From positions 196-64,195 of the forward strand of contig DATIOF010000088.1 in the NCBI GenBank assembly GCA_035473395.1: 64,000 bases of DNA, written 5' to 3'. Of the stretch, positions 61,558 to 64,000 are shown in pieces. Under the pieces are notes generated by a model. That model made no database searches. It had not been told where the DNA came from and worked only from the letters and a program-made list of their open reading frames with translations. This stretch comes from Gaiellaceae bacterium (GTDB lineage: Bacteria > Actinomycetota > Thermoleophilia > Gaiellales > Gaiellaceae). Position 1 is the stretch's first letter. Each line of letters starts with the position of its first letter. The translations under genes were made by a program, and so were the position numbers.

Positions 61558-61928
61558 GCAGCCTCCTTGACGATTCTTCCCAGTATTCCGTTGACCAGTC
61601 TTCCAGCATCCTCCGACGAGTAGCGCTTGGCCAGTGTGACCGCCTCGTCGATCGCGACCTCGGGCGGCACCTCGCCGCGGTCGAGCTCGACGATCGACAT
61701 GCGCAGGATGTTCCGCTCGAGCGCGCCAAGCCGGTCGGCCGTCCACTCGTCGGCGGCCGCGGTGATTCGGATGTCCAGCTGCTCGTGCTGGGCGACCACT
61801 GCCTCGGCCAGCTCCTGTGAGAACGGGTCGATCTCGCCCTCGAACAGCGATGCCAGCTCCTGCCCGGTGACGTCCCACTGGTAGAGCAGGACGAGCGCGG
61901 TGCGGCGCGCAGCCCGGCGGCCGGCCAT
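61554..61928 (-). CDS. nusB: Transcription antitermination factor NusB
   Basis: RRAARRTALVLLYQWDV...WTADRLGALERNILRMSIVEL...VAIDEAVTLAKRYSSEDAGRLVNGILG. Confidence 0.93.
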   Translation of the reverse strand: MAGRRAARRTALVLLYQWDVTGQELASLFEGEIDPFSQELAEAVVAQHEQLDIRITAAADEWTADRLGALERNILRMSIVELDRGEVPPEVAIDEAVTLAKRYSSEDAGRLVNGILGRIVKEAA

Positions 61929-62233
61929 CAGCTGATCTCCGCGATCTCGACGTCCACGCGCTCGACCTCGAGGCCGGTGACCTGCGCCACCGCCTCACCC
62001 ACGCGCTCCTGCACGGCGCGGGCGAGCCCGGGCAGTGGCTCTGTGGACGTGGCGCCCAGCTCCAGCGAGACCGACGCGCGACCGTCGGCGTGGCGGACCT
62101 CGACCGCCCGCCGCGGCCTGCGCAGGCGTACGCCGTCGACGCTGCGCGCAGCGCCCGCCACGAGCTCGGTGAGCGCGGCCGCGGTCAGCGTGATCGACCC
62201 CTCCGGCCCGCGGAAGACGAGCGGCTCGGTCAC
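61928..62233 (-). CDS. Asp23/Gls24-family (alkaline shock protein-like) protein
   Basis: 101 aa: ...ITLTAAALTELVAGAARSVDGV...VQERVGEAVAQVTGLEVERVDVEI. Its position between accC and nusB matches Bacillus yqhY. Confidence 0.85.
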   Translation of the reverse strand: MTEPLVFRGPEGSITLTAAALTELVAGAARSVDGVRLRRPRRAVEVRHADGRASVSLELGATSTEPLPGLARAVQERVGEAVAQVTGLEVERVDVEIAEIS

Positions 62234-62396
62234 CTGTGCTCCTCCAGGTGATGCAGCCCGGATTCTGGGTCGCGAGCATCAAGCCAGGGGCCACGATCGT
62301 CTGCGGCCAAGGCTGGTTGCCTTCGCAAGGGCGAGCGTGGTTCCTGGCGCCGCATGATCGCGGGCCAGAACCGGGTATGCGCCGCCTGGGGGAGCA
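62234..62396 (-). ncRNA. Candidate structured cis-regulatory leader RNA, copy 2 (upstream of asp23)
   Basis: 163-nt spacer, paralogous to 55497-55659. The 3' strand of the closing helix, CCUGGAGGAGCAC, contains the GGAGGAG ribosome-binding site of asp23. Confidence 0.6.
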
Positions 62397-63751
<1,355 letters not shown>

Positions 63752-63752
<1 letters not shown>

Positions 63753-64000
63753 CAGAGCGCGTCGAGCGGCGGCGGTCCGACCGGCTCGAGCTCGAACAGC
63801 AGCTGGCCGAACTCGACCGGCTCGGCGTTGCCGACGTTGATCGTGCGAACGATCCCGGCCGCGTCGGCCTTGATCTCGTTCATCAGTTTCATCGCCTCGA
63901 GGATGCAGAGCGTCTGGCCCTGCGCGACCGTGTCGCCCTCCTGGACGAACGGCGGCGCACCGGGCTGCGGCGCGCGGTAGAAGACGCCGACCATCGGAGC
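63752..64000 (-). CDS. accB: Biotin carboxyl carrier protein, C-terminal part (5' end beyond the right edge)
   Basis: ...GQTLCILEAMKLMNEIKADAAGIV (biotinyl-Lys motif EAMKLMN). The frame is open to position 64000. Confidence 0.9.

Noticed and set aside
62234-62396. Identification of the leader as a ydaO/c-di-AMP riboswitch, suggested by its actinobacterial context and by CGCGAUCA / ACCCAG strings.
   Set aside because: The hallmark ydaO segments as I remember them (GGGGUGAAUCC, CAGCUAACCUCGUAAGCG) are absent. The resemblance is limited to short GC-rich strings.

Overview
The window is high-GC (about 70% by eye) and densely packed. Most genes are on the minus strand. It reads as core chromosome of an Actinomycetota-like organism; the phylum assignment is an inference from gene order only.

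Recognisable blocks:
- proS-ispG-rseP-dxr-cdsA-uppS-frr-pyrH-tsf-rpsB
- cca-pgeF-yggS-sepF-yggT-divIVA-dksA-like-lspA-rluD
- murA, a degenerate IGPD-like gene, and ridA
- an imuB/dnaE2 SOS mutagenesis cassette
- ppdK and its regulator
- glyQS, recO and mutM
- a deoB/deoA cluster and ald
- pyrG, a steB-like gene, steA and recN
- nadK-tlyA-polyprenyl synthase-xseB-nusB-asp23-accC-accB

I found no rRNA, tRNA, CRISPR array, transposase, integrase or prophage signal, and no obvious defence island. Many long Arg/Pro/Ala-rich ORFs in the track are antisense shadow frames of real genes.

The most interesting signals are non-coding:
1. Two 163-nt spacers, upstream of the steB-like gene and of asp23, form a covarying structured-RNA pair. 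Its closing helix buries the ribosome-binding site.
2. A second conserved intergenic motif occurs three times, upstream of cca, GH15 and ald.

Other points worth a second look:
- Tandem LexA boxes sit between imuB and a divergent small Cys-rich membrane ORF.
- An antisense bicupin gene splits the imuB-dnaE2 cassette.
- A textbook MerR-type promoter drives a MerR-DUF1835 fusion.
- CTG starts are embedded in CTGA stop/start overlaps. The tlyA case is the clearest.
- There is an IGPD-like protein lacking its metal ligands, a MurA with Asp in place of the fosfomycin-target Cys, and a GT2/MraY-like fusion.
- Two small membrane ORFs fall below or inside the ORF-track entries.

All calls rest on reading the translations and the DNA by eye; no database search was run.
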